NCBI GenBank assembly: GCA_026770705.1
Contig: JANJGN010000012.1
Location: 91,574,001-91,638,000 of the forward strand
Direction of reading: 5' to 3'
From: Isurus oxyrinchus
Taxonomy: Eukaryota
DNA length: 64,000 nt
Shown: positions 63,885-64,000 of the stretch, in pieces
Numbering within the stretch: the first letter of the stretch is position 1
Layout: every line of letters starts with the position of its first letter
Position numbers and translations under genes: made by a program
The notes under the pieces: model-generated
What the model was told of the DNA's origin: nothing
Database searches by the model: none
What the model saw: the letters and a program-made list of their open reading frames with translations, nothing else

Positions 63885-64000
63885 CCTCACCACAGGAAGT
63901 TGGGACAGGCACTATTTAAAGAAGATCAGGGTAATTATCCCCAGTGACTATATTTCACCCTCAACCAACAGCTAATACAGATGGTCTAATAATTTATTTC
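63885..64000 (+). mobile_element. SacSINE1-like central fragment running off the window
   Basis: ggcactatttaaagaagatcaggg...tatatttcaccctcaaccaaca. Confidence 0.45.

Overview
Eukaryotic, repeat-dominated DNA, almost certainly intergenic or intronic sequence from a shark or other cartilaginous fish (inferred from SacSINE1/Deu-SINE-like elements, CR1/HER1-type LINEs and Neptune-type Penelope-like elements). No host protein-coding gene is supportable; every long ORF belongs to a transposable element. The window holds four young Penelope-like (RT + GIY-YIG) copies in three insertions, with minimal hammerhead ribozyme motifs in their pseudo-LTRs. One insertion is a 5.3 kb head-to-head palindrome inside a single 15-bp TSD; another is a near full-length copy whose 5' end falls at the predicted ribozyme cut site. 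Also present are many short PLE ends, CR1, RTE and Tx1 LINE relics, a Gypsy relic with SCAN-like gag, an internally deleted Harbinger and MITEs. The most unusual object is a 1.07 kb concatemer of five tRNA-Thr-like SINE units (20226-21300) with unique sequences at three of its four junctions, enclosed by one 15-bp TSD. It looks like one reverse-transcription event that chained Pol III transcripts from different loci. Family names come from motif recognition by eye, not database searches; boundaries of old repeats are approximate.
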